DNA of 64,000 nt from Candidatus Pacebacteria bacterium RIFOXYA1_FULL_38_18 (GCA_001787405.1 MFWV01000007.1:15694-79693); one strand, 5' to 3'; counted from the first letter of the stretch, positions 1 to 10,078 are shown. Translations and numbers: made by a program. Notes: a model not told the origin generated them from the sequence alone.

Positions 1-1
1 T

Positions 2-457
2 GGAAATGAACGGTTTTTTCCAGAGGAAAATAATTCTCAGCAAGAGAATCTTTCTCAACTTCCAAGAATTTTATTGATAGATAATGATTCTTTTATACGT
101 ACCCTTTTGGCATTTCAAATTGAAAAAAGATCTGGTCAAGAAGTTGTAGTCAATGATGTGGGTAGTATTAATGAGGCTTTTGTAATGTTGGAGTTATCAA
201 TGCGGAGAAAATCAGGATCAAAACAATCAAGCCCTTTTTATGGTCACATTATTATCAGTATTTTTGATGGTGATTATGGACTTGATGAATATGAACGGTT
301 TTTGAAATTTGCACAGAAATTGAGTATTCCTGTGACTCTATTTCTACTTGACAGCGATGAAGACTTGATCAATTTGGCAGTAAAATATAAAGCAAGAGTG
401 GTATACAAAGGCGGAATAGACATTCCAACATTAGCTCAGTTTCAAATAAATTTTTGA
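2..457 (+). CDS. Degenerate response-regulator receiver (CheY-like) domain protein, 5' end outside window
   Basis: Frame is open from base 2 (...PRILLIDNDSFIRTLL) with receiver-like beta1/alpha1, IPVTLF and a C-terminal YK; the phosphoacceptor Asp position appears to be Ser (HIIIS). Confidence 0.5.
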   Translation, partial: GNERFFPEENNSQQENLSQLPRILLIDNDSFIRTLLAFQIEKRSGQEVVVNDVGSINEAFVMLELSMRRKSGSKQSSPFYGHIIISIFDGDYGLDEYERFLKFAQKLSIPVTLFLLDSDEDLINLAVKYKARVVYKGGIDIPTLAQFQINF

Positions 458-487
458 AAATTCCAAGTTGATCGATTACCTAAAATA

Positions 488-934
488 CTAGATTAACCAG
501 CCGACAATTATCAGCAAGACTATTTGTGGAGCCAGTCCCAGTAAAAAATCGGGAATGGAGTGATGAAAAAAACCATGGAATTGATTAATTTTGTGTAAAA
601 ATCGGGGTTCCCAGCGCAGAAAATTGCGAGGAGCTTCCATAAAATCTGGAACGAGTGATAAAAATGTTCCTGCCCAGACGTGAAGATTGAGTTCGCTTTG
701 GCCCGCTTGCCAAAATAAATAAACCAAGCCCAGCGCAATAGCTAGATCAAAAATTTCCAAAATAAAAGCGGTGCTTCGTTTTCTAGTGCCATTTGATAGA
801 CCCGTACCTACGTCCCAATGAGGAATCCAATCTTCTAAATAATGAGAGGCCAAAATTAGGGGAACATAAAGTGCTGGATGGGGCAGTTTGGCAGCAATGA
901 AAGCTCCAGTCACTGCATGCGATACAGAAAGCAT
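488..934 (-). CDS. Membrane protein, putative metal-dependent hydrolase (YdjM-like)
   Basis: SHAVTGA, SHYLEDWIPH, PDF and FHGFFHH His/Asp motifs in hydrophobic helices; start ATG 934 chosen over 943. Confidence 0.6.
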   Translation of the reverse strand: MLSVSHAVTGAFIAAKLPHPALYVPLILASHYLEDWIPHWDVGTGLSNGTRKRSTAFILEIFDLAIALGLVYLFWQAGQSELNLHVWAGTFLSLVPDFMEAPRNFLRWEPRFLHKINQFHGFFHHSIPDFLLGLAPQIVLLIIVGWLI

Positions 935-958
935 GAAAAGCATTATATACTAAGTAAG

Positions 959-1786
959 ATGTGGCCGATTTTATTTTCTTTTAGCTCAATCAGTCTGCCT
1001 TCAGCTTGGGTATTGTTATTAGTGGGATTTTTTGTCAGTGGTTTTGCGTTTTGGAGGCGAGGCAAAGAAGAGCATTATTCAGAACTACAATTGTTTGATG
1101 GTTTTTTATTATCGTTTTTAATGGGAGCGATTGGAGCAAGATTGGGTTTTATTTTATTGCATTTTGATCAATTTGGTTGGAATTTATTTAATTGGTTGAA
1201 TTTGACGAATAAGCCTGGAAGTCAGGACTTATTTTTTTTACTAGTCTCTACTTTATTTCTGTATCGATTTGCCAAACGCAAAAAATGGGATGTTTTTGAG
1301 GTTCTAGATTTTTGGTCGCTTTCATTGTCACTTTGGTTGATTTTTAATTCGTTGGCAGATTTTCTGACTGGTGCTGGGCGTGGAAAATTTACCAATTGGT
1401 GGGTGGGTATAGTTTTTCCAGGGTCTATTGAAAAAACTCATCCGGTTCAACTTTATTTTACCGGTTTTTATTTGTTACTTTTTATTTATTTAGTTTGGGT
1501 AGAAAGTCGCTATCGTATTTTTGATTGGTATCGCATGGGTAGAAAATCGGCCCGAGCAGGATTCATGATTAGCACTTTTATTATTTTCTTTTCTCTTTTT
1601 TCAGCATTGATGCTTTTGTTCCGCCTGCCCGAGTTTTTCCTGGGTAATTTAGCAGTAGATATTTGGTTTTATTTATTTGGTGTATTTTTTGGTGTGCAAT
1701 TATTATTGCGTCGTTCGGACAAACCATTACTTCCCAATGCTTTTAGAAAACGTTTTGAGAGATCACATGAAGAAATCCTTCCCTAA
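959..1786 (+). CDS. lgt: Prolipoprotein diacylglyceryl transferase (Lgt)-like membrane protein, divergent
   Basis: MWPILF start, GARLGFIL and THPVQLY motifs, about 7 TM helices; GRxGNF signature is degenerate. Confidence 0.6.
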   Translation: MWPILFSFSSISLPSAWVLLLVGFFVSGFAFWRRGKEEHYSELQLFDGFLLSFLMGAIGARLGFILLHFDQFGWNLFNWLNLTNKPGSQDLFFLLVSTLFLYRFAKRKKWDVFEVLDFWSLSLSLWLIFNSLADFLTGAGRGKFTNWWVGIVFPGSIEKTHPVQLYFTGFYLLLFIYLVWVESRYRIFDWYRMGRKSARAGFMISTFIIFFSLFSALMLLFRLPEFFLGNLAVDIWFYLFGVFFGVQLLLRRSDKPLLPNAFRKRFERSHEEILP

Positions 1787-2609
1787 ACCAGAAATACTAT
1801 TTGAAGATGAAGATTTAATGGTAATTAATAAACCCGGTGGAGTAGTGGTCAATCGTGCTACTTCTGTTGTGGGAGAGACTTTGCAAGATTGGTTTATTGA
1901 TCGTCAAAAAACTCAAAAAATACTCACTGGTTGGTCCAAACAATTGCCAGAAGATTTTTCTGATGAATATGGTAGCCCAGAGGAGATTTATGCTCAGCGA
2001 CAGGGAATGGTGCATCGGCTGGACAAAGATACCAGCGGAGCAATGCTTTTTGCCAAACATCCAGGCAGTTTGATCAATCTGCTAGCCCAATTTCGCCAAA
2101 AATTAGTGCAAAAAGAATATTTAGCATTAACTCATGGCAAATTTCGAGTAGAGCAGGGGACACTTACTTCTCCATTGGGTCGCTCACACACTGATCGACA
2201 AAAATTTACGGTTACTATCACTGGTCGGCCAGCAATTACTCAATATCAAGTAGAACAAGTTTTTACTGATTTTAATTGGTCCAAATTGGAAGAGAGACTA
2301 GGGGAGAGAGTGGCGGAGTTGAAAAAAAATCAACGATTTTATGAACAGGGTTTTTCCTTGGTTCGCTGTTTGCCCAAGACCGGCAGGACTCATCAAATTC
2401 GTGTGCATTTAGCTCATGAGCAACATCCATTGGTAGGGGACACCAAGTATATTGGCCGAAAACGCGCCAAACTGGACCCCCTTTGGTGTCCGCGCCATTT
2501 TTTACACGCTCAAGTCTTGGAATTCAATCATCCCAGAACAAATGCTCGCCAGCGATTTGAAGCAAAATTGGCTCCTGAGCTCAACTTAGTGCTCACGTTT
2601 TTGCAATAA
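1767..2609 (+). CDS. RluA/RluD-family RNA pseudouridine synthase
   Basis: INKPGG, HRLDKDTSG (catalytic Asp), TGRTHQIRVH, GDTKY, FLHA motifs. Confidence 0.93.
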   Translation: MKKSFPKPEILFEDEDLMVINKPGGVVVNRATSVVGETLQDWFIDRQKTQKILTGWSKQLPEDFSDEYGSPEEIYAQRQGMVHRLDKDTSGAMLFAKHPGSLINLLAQFRQKLVQKEYLALTHGKFRVEQGTLTSPLGRSHTDRQKFTVTITGRPAITQYQVEQVFTDFNWSKLEERLGERVAELKKNQRFYEQGFSLVRCLPKTGRTHQIRVHLAHEQHPLVGDTKYIGRKRAKLDPLWCPRHFLHAQVLEFNHPRTNARQRFEAKLAPELNLVLTFLQ

Positions 2610-2657
2610 TTATTTCGTGCTTACGTTTTTGCCAGATTATCTATCAAGATTATCTAT
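2589..2657. repeat. Two short direct-repeat pairs at the 3' end of the pseudouridine synthase gene
   Basis: GTGCTYACGTTTTTGC at 2589-2604 and 2617-2632; AGATTATCTAT at 2634-2644 and 2647-2657. Confidence 0.7.
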
Positions 2658-2742
2658 TATCCAATTATTCAAAATTATGTCATTTCCATTTTTTTTGATG
2701 ATTGATGTTTAATAAAACTTGCCTGATCGGTTATAATTCGTT

Positions 2743-3390
2743 ATGAATTTCAAAGAGATTTCTTTTCCAGAAGAGAAAGTTAAATACATTTTTGTTAGTG
2801 AAAAACAGTTAACTGCACTGACTCGCGAACTAGCCAGGAAGATTTTGGCCGATTTGGCCAATAATGGTTCAATTGATTATCTGGTAGCAATGGGTAAAGG
2901 TGGTTGGACCGTGGCTCGCAGTTTATTTGGTTACTTACAACCAACTGGTTTACAAGAAACAGTCAACGTAGGAGCGCGCTCTTATAAAGGAATTGGACAG
3001 GGAGGTTCGGTTAATATTTACCAGGAATTAAGTCCAGAATTGGAACAAGAATTAAGTGGGAAAAGTGTATTGGTAGTCGATGACTTAACAGATACAGGCC
3101 ATCAATTGCAGGCTGTTGAACAATATTTGCGCAAACTGGGAATAGATAAAATTTTATCAGCTGTTTTATTTTCAAAACCCAGTTCTAGTGCAGAAATAAA
3201 TTATTGGGCTGAAACTACAAGTGCTTGGATTATTTTTGCTTATGAATCTTTTGAAACCATGAAGGAACTTGATCAAAATTGGCAAGCCAAAGGTATTCCT
3301 GAATCAGAGATTAGAGATCGTTTTATAGCAATAGGTTTTGATTCAGAGGACATTGATTTTTATTGGGAATATCGCGTTAACAATGATTAA
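2743..3390 (+). CDS. Type I phosphoribosyltransferase (purine salvage, Gpt/Hpt-like)
   Basis: PRPP-binding motif VLVVDDLTDTG, MGKGG loop, SY, C-terminal WIIFAYE. Confidence 0.85.
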   Translation: MNFKEISFPEEKVKYIFVSEKQLTALTRELARKILADLANNGSIDYLVAMGKGGWTVARSLFGYLQPTGLQETVNVGARSYKGIGQGGSVNIYQELSPELEQELSGKSVLVVDDLTDTGHQLQAVEQYLRKLGIDKILSAVLFSKPSSSAEINYWAETTSAWIIFAYESFETMKELDQNWQAKGIPESEIRDRFIAIGFDSEDIDFYWEYRVNND

Positions 3391-3478
3391 AACTTCTATC
3401 AATTTTCTCCAATCTTGTTCAACTGCCGAAGGCTGAACCTTTTTTCTACGGTATTTTCATTTATAGTAAAGGAAAGTT

Positions 3479-4801
3479 ATGAACAAAGATCAAGTTTTTA
3501 AATTAATCGAAAAAGAAGAAGCGCGCCAGAAAAAAATGATTGGCCTTATTCCTTCTGAAAATCATATTTCTCCAGAGGTTTCATCAGTATTATCCAGCTC
3601 GCTTTCTAGTAAATATGCCGAGGGCTATCCTCGCCGTCGTTATTATGAAGGCAATCAAATAATTGACGAGATTGAGCTTTTAGCTCAGGAACGAATTAAA
3701 AAATTGTTTAATGTACCTCACGCCAACGTACAGCCTTATTCTGGTTCGCCAGCCAATAGCGCGGTGCAGTTTGCTTTGCTGGAAACCGGGGATACGATGA
3801 TGGGTTTGGCGTTGTCTGGTGGGGGACATTTGACCCACGGTCATCCCAAAGTAACGTTTTCTGGTAAATACTTTAACTCGGTGCAATATGGTCTGGATAA
3901 GAATGACCGAATTGATTTTGATCAAGTGCATGAATTGGCCAGTAAACATCGGCCTAAGTTGATGATCATTGGCAACACTGCCTATCCATTTGTAATGGAC
4001 TTTGAGCGTTTTCGAAAAATTGCTGACGAAGTTGGAGCTTGGGTATTAGCGGACATTTCTCATGTGACTGGTCTAGTAGTGACTGGAGAGCATCCTTCTC
4101 CCGTGCCACATGTTGATTTGATCATGAGTACCACCCACAAGACTTTTCGTGGGCCACGTGGCGCCATGATTTTGGTGACTCAGCGAGGTTTGGATAGAGA
4201 TCCAAAATTGGCCGAGAAAATCGATCAAGCTGTTTTTCCAGCTTTGCAGGGAGGTCCGCACAATGCTACTACTGCTGGAATTGCCGTTGCTGCAGCAGAG
4301 GCAATGAAGCCTGAGTTCAAAAAATATGGTCAACAAATCAGGAAAAACGCCGATACTTTGGCTAAAGCCTTGCAGGATAGAGGACTTAAACTAGTTGGCA
4401 ATGGCACAGAGACTCATTTAATGTTGATTGATTTGACCAATTACAGTAAAGGCATGGGTCTGCAAGTGGCTTTTGCTATGGACGTGGCAGGCATGTATGC
4501 CAATCGCAACACCATTCCTCATGAACCGGTTTCACCATTTTATCCGTCTGGAGTTCGTCTGGGCACACCGATGGTAACTACTAGAGGGATGAAAGAAGCA
4601 GAAATGAAACAGATTGCTGATTGGATTGCTAGAGTCGTAGAAGAAGTCAAAGATGAAGTATTGCCAAGCGACAAAACCGAGAGACGAACTTTCATCAAGA
4701 CTTTTCGAGCCAAGGCTTTGCAAAATAAAAACTTATTGGCCATTCGTCGCGAAGTAGAGACTATGGCTAGTAAATATCCCTTGTTTACTTGGGGTAAGTA
4801 A
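3479..4801 (+). CDS. glyA: Serine hydroxymethyltransferase
   Basis: LIPSEN, KYAEGYP, GGHLTHG, STTHKTFRGPRG (PLP Lys), QGGPH. Confidence 0.97.
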   Translation: MNKDQVFKLIEKEEARQKKMIGLIPSENHISPEVSSVLSSSLSSKYAEGYPRRRYYEGNQIIDEIELLAQERIKKLFNVPHANVQPYSGSPANSAVQFALLETGDTMMGLALSGGGHLTHGHPKVTFSGKYFNSVQYGLDKNDRIDFDQVHELASKHRPKLMIIGNTAYPFVMDFERFRKIADEVGAWVLADISHVTGLVVTGEHPSPVPHVDLIMSTTHKTFRGPRGAMILVTQRGLDRDPKLAEKIDQAVFPALQGGPHNATTAGIAVAAAEAMKPEFKKYGQQIRKNADTLAKALQDRGLKLVGNGTETHLMLIDLTNYSKGMGLQVAFAMDVAGMYANRNTIPHEPVSPFYPSGVRLGTPMVTTRGMKEAEMKQIADWIARVVEEVKDEVLPSDKTERRTFIKTFRAKALQNKNLLAIRREVETMASKYPLFTWGK

Positions 4802-4819
4802 ATAACAAATTTAAAACAA

Positions 4820-5671
4820 ATGCCAAACATACGCAGAATTGGAGCTCATTTATCGACTAGTGGGGGAGTAGAAAAGGCTGTGGAGCGAGCGCATGGGATT
4901 GGCGCAAACACGCTCCAAGTTTTTTCTGGTAGTCCCAGGATGTGGCGTCGCACGCCTCTTGAGAAAATTGATGCGCGAGCAGTAAAACAGGCTCAAGAAA
5001 AATACGACGTTACCCCGATTTTTACTCACGCGTTGTACTTGGTAAACTTGGCTTCTGAAAACCCAGAATTGGTGGAGAAATCTGTTTCCGCTCTCAAACA
5101 TGATCTCCAATTTGATGCGCACATCGGTGGTGCGGGAGTAGTTGTACATCTGGGCAGTCATCAGGGAAGAGGTTTTGCGGCGGCGCGGGAGTCAGTTGCC
5201 AGATCCATCAAAGATATTTTGGCAGACACCCCCAAAAATTCTCATTTGTTAATTGAAAACGCCGCCGCCCACAACGGTAAAGTTGGTGGTCAATTGGAAG
5301 AAATAGCTTGGATTTTGGCAAAAGTTCATTCTCCCAGATTAGGTTGGTGCTTTGATACTTGTCATGCTTTTGCTGCTGGCTACACTTTGGCCGGAATTAA
5401 TCAACAAACAGACGCTTTGACAGTCATAAAAAAACTCAATTTATTTCCAGCTCTTAAATGCATTCATATTAATGACAGTAAAGATGCACTCAATTCCGGT
5501 CGAGATAGGCACGCCAATATTGGTGACGGTGAAATTCCTCGAGCAGATTTGAAACAATTTTTACATGATCAGCGCCTGACTCTACTACCAATTATTACCG
5601 AAGTACCTGGCATAGATGGCAATGGTCCAGACGCAGAAAATATTCGTCGCATCAAAAGCCTGGTAAAATAA
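4820..5671 (+). CDS. nfo: Endonuclease IV (AP endonuclease 2)
   Basis: IGAHLS, HALYLVNLAS, CFDTCHAFAAGY, HINDSK, DRHANIG, TEVP metal ligands. Confidence 0.95.
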   Translation: MPNIRRIGAHLSTSGGVEKAVERAHGIGANTLQVFSGSPRMWRRTPLEKIDARAVKQAQEKYDVTPIFTHALYLVNLASENPELVEKSVSALKHDLQFDAHIGGAGVVVHLGSHQGRGFAAARESVARSIKDILADTPKNSHLLIENAAAHNGKVGGQLEEIAWILAKVHSPRLGWCFDTCHAFAAGYTLAGINQQTDALTVIKKLNLFPALKCIHINDSKDALNSGRDRHANIGDGEIPRADLKQFLHDQRLTLLPIITEVPGIDGNGPDAENIRRIKSLVK

Positions 5672-5675
5672 GCTA

Positions 5676-6599
5676 GTGCAAACCCAAATTATTGATGGCT
5701 TTCAATTAGCCGAGCAACACCGTTTAGCCCTCGCTCCTCGAGTTAAAGAACTACTTGCTCAGGGCAAAAAACCAAGTGTGGCAGCAATCTTATTTGTCGA
5801 AGATTCTGGTAGCGTGTTGTACACCAAACTCAAACGAGAAATGGCGCAAAGTCTGGGTATTAATTATCAAATTTTTTCATATTCACTCAATGACTCGGTT
5901 CAGCAAGTTGCTAGTAAGATTGAAGAGCTTGGCAGAGATGCAAAAGTGACTGGAATCATCGTCCAAAAACCTTGGCGCAACTTATGGATCGTTACTCGTA
6001 AGCTTGAATTGGAACAAGGAAAACGAGAGTTTTCCGCCTGGTGGAAGCAACTAACTTCTGCCATTAATCCAGTCAAAGATGTTGATGGTCTGCATCCCTC
6101 AACTTTAACAGCCATTCAATCAGGCACTTGGCAGATAAAAAACAAAGTTTTGCCAGCCACCTGCAAAGCTGTTATTGAACTTGCCAAAGAAGCTTTTGCC
6201 ACTGAAGATTTATTTGCTTACCTTAAAAATCAGCAATTAAAAACAATCATTTTGGGCAAGTCAGATTTGTTGGGTCAACCGTTATTTGCATTACTTAACT
6301 CAAAAAAATTATTAGTAGAAATGATTGGTTCACAGGAATTAAGCAAAAGAATAGAACAAAAAGTTTTTTTAACTGATGCCGATCTAATCATCAGCGCCAC
6401 TGGCCGAAGAAAACTCGTAACCGGTGCATTGATTAAAACTGGAGCTGTCATCATTGATGTGGGCGAACCACAGGGAGATGTAGATTTGACTAGCGTCTTG
6501 AATAAAGCCAAGGCGGTTACTCCAGTACCAGGCGGAGTAGGGCCAATGACAGTGATTTGTTTGCTGGAAAATACCATCGAGTTACTAGATATGTTATAA
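5676..6599 (+). CDS. folD: Methylene-THF dehydrogenase/cyclohydrolase
   Basis: YTKLK, KDVDGLHP, PATCKA, IDVG, TPVPGGVGPMTV; GTG start. Confidence 0.92.
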   Translation: MQTQIIDGFQLAEQHRLALAPRVKELLAQGKKPSVAAILFVEDSGSVLYTKLKREMAQSLGINYQIFSYSLNDSVQQVASKIEELGRDAKVTGIIVQKPWRNLWIVTRKLELEQGKREFSAWWKQLTSAINPVKDVDGLHPSTLTAIQSGTWQIKNKVLPATCKAVIELAKEAFATEDLFAYLKNQQLKTIILGKSDLLGQPLFALLNSKKLLVEMIGSQELSKRIEQKVFLTDADLIISATGRRKLVTGALIKTGAVIIDVGEPQGDVDLTSVLNKAKAVTPVPGGVGPMTVICLLENTIELLDML

Positions 6600-6618
6600 T
6601 ACCCGCTATTCCAGACCT

Positions 6619-6957
6619 ATGAATATAGCAGAAGTCTTATCGACCGGCGGTAGTTTTTTTCATTCACGACCAACTAAGGAGCGTGGTGTTGTTGATCTTG
6701 GTGATCTTGGTGAATTGTTAAAACAAGAATTAAAACAGTTTACTCCTGATCTTAATTTCGAATCGATTCAAGCTTTGGTTGAAAAACATGGTGGCAGTTT
6801 GGAGTTGATTGCTGATGAAGACGAAACCTTTTGGACTCTAATATTTAAAAAGCCCATCGGTTTGGAACAACAAAAAGGAAGTAAAACCAGTATTACTAAT
6901 TCTAGTAAAGAAAAAATAATGCAATCAGCATACTGGTTGATCATTACGTCTTTATAA
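6619..6957 (+). CDS. Hypothetical protein
   Basis: 112-aa ORF filling the folD-rpsB gap, preceded by TGTTATAAT; no recognisable motif. Confidence 0.6.
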   Translation: MNIAEVLSTGGSFFHSRPTKERGVVDLGDLGELLKQELKQFTPDLNFESIQALVEKHGGSLELIADEDETFWTLIFKKPIGLEQQKGSKTSITNSSKEKIMQSAYWLIITSL

Positions 6958-6972
6958 GAACCAATTTCTGTT

Positions 6973-7001
6973 TTGCCAAAATCCAGACTATCAAGTATAA
7001 T
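6973..7001 (+). promoter_or_regulatory. Sigma70-type promoter of rpsB-tsf
   Basis: TTGCCA-17 bp-TATAAT about 100 bp upstream of rpsB. Confidence 0.75.
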
Positions 7002-7104
7002 TCCGTTTATTATTAGTTACTTTCGCTAATTCACTTTAAGCGTCCTGCAATTTGGTGAATGAAGCGCTCTCGCTAAAGAAAGTGAGAAAATAAGGACAAA
7101 AAAT

Positions 7105-7839
7105 ATGACTGATCTAAACAAACTTCCACAACAAGCACCTGAGTATGATCTTCGAGAATTACTCGAGGCTGGCATGCATTTTGGCCATGCTAGTGCCAAA
7201 TGGCATCCCAAAATGAAGGAATTTATTTATACCGAAAAAGATGGTATGCATATTTTTGATTTGGCTAAAACAGCAGCACAACTCACCAAAGCTTACAACT
7301 ATCTTTTTGATCTAGGTAAAAATGGAAAAAAAGTAATTTTTGTGGGTACCAAACGTCAAATTCGCGAATCAGTTCGAGAAACTGCTGAGCAAGCGGGCGC
7401 TTTTTTTATTGCTCAGCGCTGGATGGGTGGGCTACTTACCAACTGGGATCAAATTAGTAAATCAGTGCGTCGTATGAACGAAATTGATGAAGGTTTGGAA
7501 GCTGGTAAGTTTGATGGTTACACCAAATTTGAACGTGTTCAGTTAGAAAAAGAGCAGGGGAGACTGGCTCGTTTTTTTGAGGGAGTCAAAGGTCTAAAAG
7601 GCACTCCAGATTGTTTAGTAGTGATTGACCCCAAGAGAGAAAAAATTGCTGTAGCTGAAGCGCAAAAAGTGGGAGTACCCATAGTTGCTCTTATTGATTC
7701 AAATACTGATCCAGATCAAATTATGTTGCCCATTCCTGGTAATGATGATGCAGTCAGTAGTATTTTGTTGGTACTCAAACAATTGACAGAAGCTTATTTG
7801 CAAGGAAAAAAAGCTACCAAAAAACCCGCAAATAATTAA
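7105..7839 (+). CDS. rpsB: 30S ribosomal protein S2
   Basis: LLEAGMHFGH, WHPKM, FVGTK, RWMGGLLTN, PGNDDA. Confidence 0.98.
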   Translation: MTDLNKLPQQAPEYDLRELLEAGMHFGHASAKWHPKMKEFIYTEKDGMHIFDLAKTAAQLTKAYNYLFDLGKNGKKVIFVGTKRQIRESVRETAEQAGAFFIAQRWMGGLLTNWDQISKSVRRMNEIDEGLEAGKFDGYTKFERVQLEKEQGRLARFFEGVKGLKGTPDCLVVIDPKREKIAVAEAQKVGVPIVALIDSNTDPDQIMLPIPGNDDAVSSILLVLKQLTEAYLQGKKATKKPANN

Positions 7840-7858
7840 TAATAAAATAGGAGTCAGT

Positions 7859-8326
7859 ATGTCATTTTCTATGGATGATCTCAAAAAATTACGCACAGAA
7901 ACAGGTGCTCGGGTGATGGATGCCAAAAAAGCTTTGGAAGAAGCTCAAGGTGATTTTGCCAAAGCTAAACAATTGGTCGAAGAAAAAGGTTTGGCCAGAG
8001 CAGAGAAGACCGTTGACCGAGAAACAAAAGCTGGTTTTATTGCCAATTATGTTCACAATAATGGGCAAGTAGCCAGTCTTGTTGAGTTGGTTTGCGAAAC
8101 AGATTTTGTGGCTCAGAATCAAGAATTTCGAGATTTAGGTCGTGAAATTGCCATGCAAGTTTCTGCCATGAATCCTGCTGATGTAAAAGAGCTTTTGGAT
8201 CAAGAATTTATTCGTGATGCCAGCCAAACTATCGGAAAATTGATTAAGTCACTCAGTGGCAAAATCGGTGAAAAAATCGAAGTCAGTCGATTTGCACGCT
8301 TTGCGATAGGCGATGAGCAAAAATAA
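7859..8326 (+). CDS. tsf: Elongation factor Ts (short form)
   Basis: LRTETGARVMDAKKAL, ELVCETDFVA, GEKIEVSRF; directly after rpsB. Confidence 0.96.
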   Translation: MSFSMDDLKKLRTETGARVMDAKKALEEAQGDFAKAKQLVEEKGLARAEKTVDRETKAGFIANYVHNNGQVASLVELVCETDFVAQNQEFRDLGREIAMQVSAMNPADVKELLDQEFIRDASQTIGKLIKSLSGKIGEKIEVSRFARFAIGDEQK

Positions 8327-8374
8327 AAATAGCTCTGCTTTACACTTTCCCTATATTTTCTGCATAATGCACTA

Positions 8375-9319
8375 GTGAAAGATTTCATTGGTTTGAAACC
8401 CAAGCATAAGAATCCTCGTTCTGGGATTGGCCATAACAAGAAAAAAACTTCTACTAGTCGTTTTATTCGTTGGACAACCGGTTTGAGTTTATTAATTGTG
8501 CTGGTTTTCTTTATTGCCTTAGTTTTTAGATCTTTGCCTTGGGCCGATATTTTTACTGGCCGAACCTCTGAAACAGTCTTGTTTGTCACTGAACAAGTTG
8601 AACAAAGTGGGGCGTTTTTAATCAAGTTTGATTTTACTAATTTGCAAGTGGATGTTTATCCCGTTCCTTCTGATTTAGCTATGGAAGTATTGGGAGGTTA
8701 TGGAAATTATCGTTTTCAGGCTGTTTACCCTTTATTAAAATTGGAAGGTCAGGATATTTCTTTTATTCGTTCCACTATGAGTCTTTCCACTGGTGTTTTG
8801 CTGGATGAGTTATGGCCAGTTAATACCAATCACTTGCAATTAGATCAACTTGCTTATCTAAAAACTTTTTTTCTAAAAAATTTTCTGGCTGGCTCGCACA
8901 TTGCTTTAAAACATAAATTAAGTTGGTTAGGATTAGTTCTGGACCAACGTTCTGAAATTACTATTCATCAACCTTTGGTAATCTTACCTGTTTCCAATTT
9001 ATCGCAAGCAAACACCAGCAAAGAGTTATTGTGCACTGTTGCTTTGGTCAATACTACTTCTTTAAATGGTTTGGCCGGCAGAATTGAGCATTTGCTGGAA
9101 AGTCACGATTTTAGAGTCATAAGGACTACGAGTGACGATACTTTGATAGAAAAAACTACGGTAATTTCGGCAGAAGACTTATCTGATGATTGTCAACAAG
9201 TATTTAACAAAATCTTGAAACTGGTGCCCAGCGAGGTAGTATTACAGCAAAATGCTCAAGAAACTTCTTATTATCGAGCTGATCTAGTGATAAAGTTGGG
9301 GACAGACCTTGTTTGGTAG
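8375..9319 (+). CDS. Membrane-anchored LCP-like protein with LytR C-terminal domain
   Basis: N-terminal TM helix; C-terminal VALVNTTSLNGLAG...ADLVIKLGTD typical of LytR_C. Confidence 0.65.
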   Translation: MKDFIGLKPKHKNPRSGIGHNKKKTSTSRFIRWTTGLSLLIVLVFFIALVFRSLPWADIFTGRTSETVLFVTEQVEQSGAFLIKFDFTNLQVDVYPVPSDLAMEVLGGYGNYRFQAVYPLLKLEGQDISFIRSTMSLSTGVLLDELWPVNTNHLQLDQLAYLKTFFLKNFLAGSHIALKHKLSWLGLVLDQRSEITIHQPLVILPVSNLSQANTSKELLCTVALVNTTSLNGLAGRIEHLLESHDFRVIRTTSDDTLIEKTTVISAEDLSDDCQQVFNKILKLVPSEVVLQQNAQETSYYRADLVIKLGTDLVW

Positions 9320-9322
9320 GAT

Positions 9323-10078
9323 TTAGTAATCTTCACCTTTATTAATTTTCTCCAAAGTGTCTTCAAATTCTTTATTACGATCATTCTCATGCTCACCGGT
9401 CTCGACTGGAATATCATCCTCTATGAGAAATTCTTCATCTGCATTCAAGCTGGAAATAATTTTATTGTTTAATTTGCCGACTGGGAAAGATTGAAAATGT
9501 TTATTTTTGGCTGATATCTTTATTTCTCTCAAATGCACACTGCAGCTATTTTCAGAAAAAGAATGAACTAAACACTGGTATTCATTGCCTCGCTTGATAA
9601 GCTTGTTGAGTCGATAAGAAAGATCGTCTGGTAGGGCGCCGATATATTTACCGCTCTCGGTTGCAATTGATAAATATTTGTTCTTTTTACTTACTAGTTT
9701 GCAAGGTTCTCCAACGCGAAGTTTTATAAGGGTATTTTTGGGTGCCAAACGATGGAGCTCAGCAATCTTGGTTCTGCCTGGTTCTTCGATAAAATAAGTG
9801 TTGGAGATAGGAGCAGCAGTGCCGTTTTTGTTTTTTAGATTGTCCAAATGTTTTTTGGCAATTAAATTGGATTTATCTTTTTCCAAAACAGCCTTGAAAG
9901 CTTGTCGGGCTTTGATCGGTTTGCCCAATTGAGCATAGGCCAACCCCAAACGATTAAGTGCTCCCAAATCATTATTTGAGCGTTCTAGAATTTGCTCGTT
10001 GATCTTGATGGCATCTTCCCAAGCCTGAGTTTTGGCGGCGGCAATGGCTTCTTGGACAAGTGTGGCGTATTTTTTCAT
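9323..10078 (-). CDS. Tetratricopeptide repeat protein with HIRAN-like C-terminal domain
   Basis: TPR helices (ALNRLGLAYAQLG...A...F..VL..D..N.IA); YIGALPDDLS..L..LIKRG resembles HIRAN. Confidence 0.7.
   Translation of the reverse strand: MKKYATLVQEAIAAAKTQAWEDAIKINEQILERSNNDLGALNRLGLAYAQLGKPIKARQAFKAVLEKDKSNLIAKKHLDNLKNKNGTAAPISNTYFIEEPGRTKIAELHRLAPKNTLIKLRVGEPCKLVSKKNKYLSIATESGKYIGALPDDLSYRLNKLIKRGNEYQCLVHSFSENSCSVHLREIKISAKNKHFQSFPVGKLNNKIISSLNADEEFLIEDDIPVETGEHENDRNKEFEDTLEKINKGEDY

Noticed and set aside
3391-3478. ZTP or THF riboswitch upstream of glyA-folD
   Set aside because: Only a small hairpin; conserved aptamer motifs absent and the gap is short
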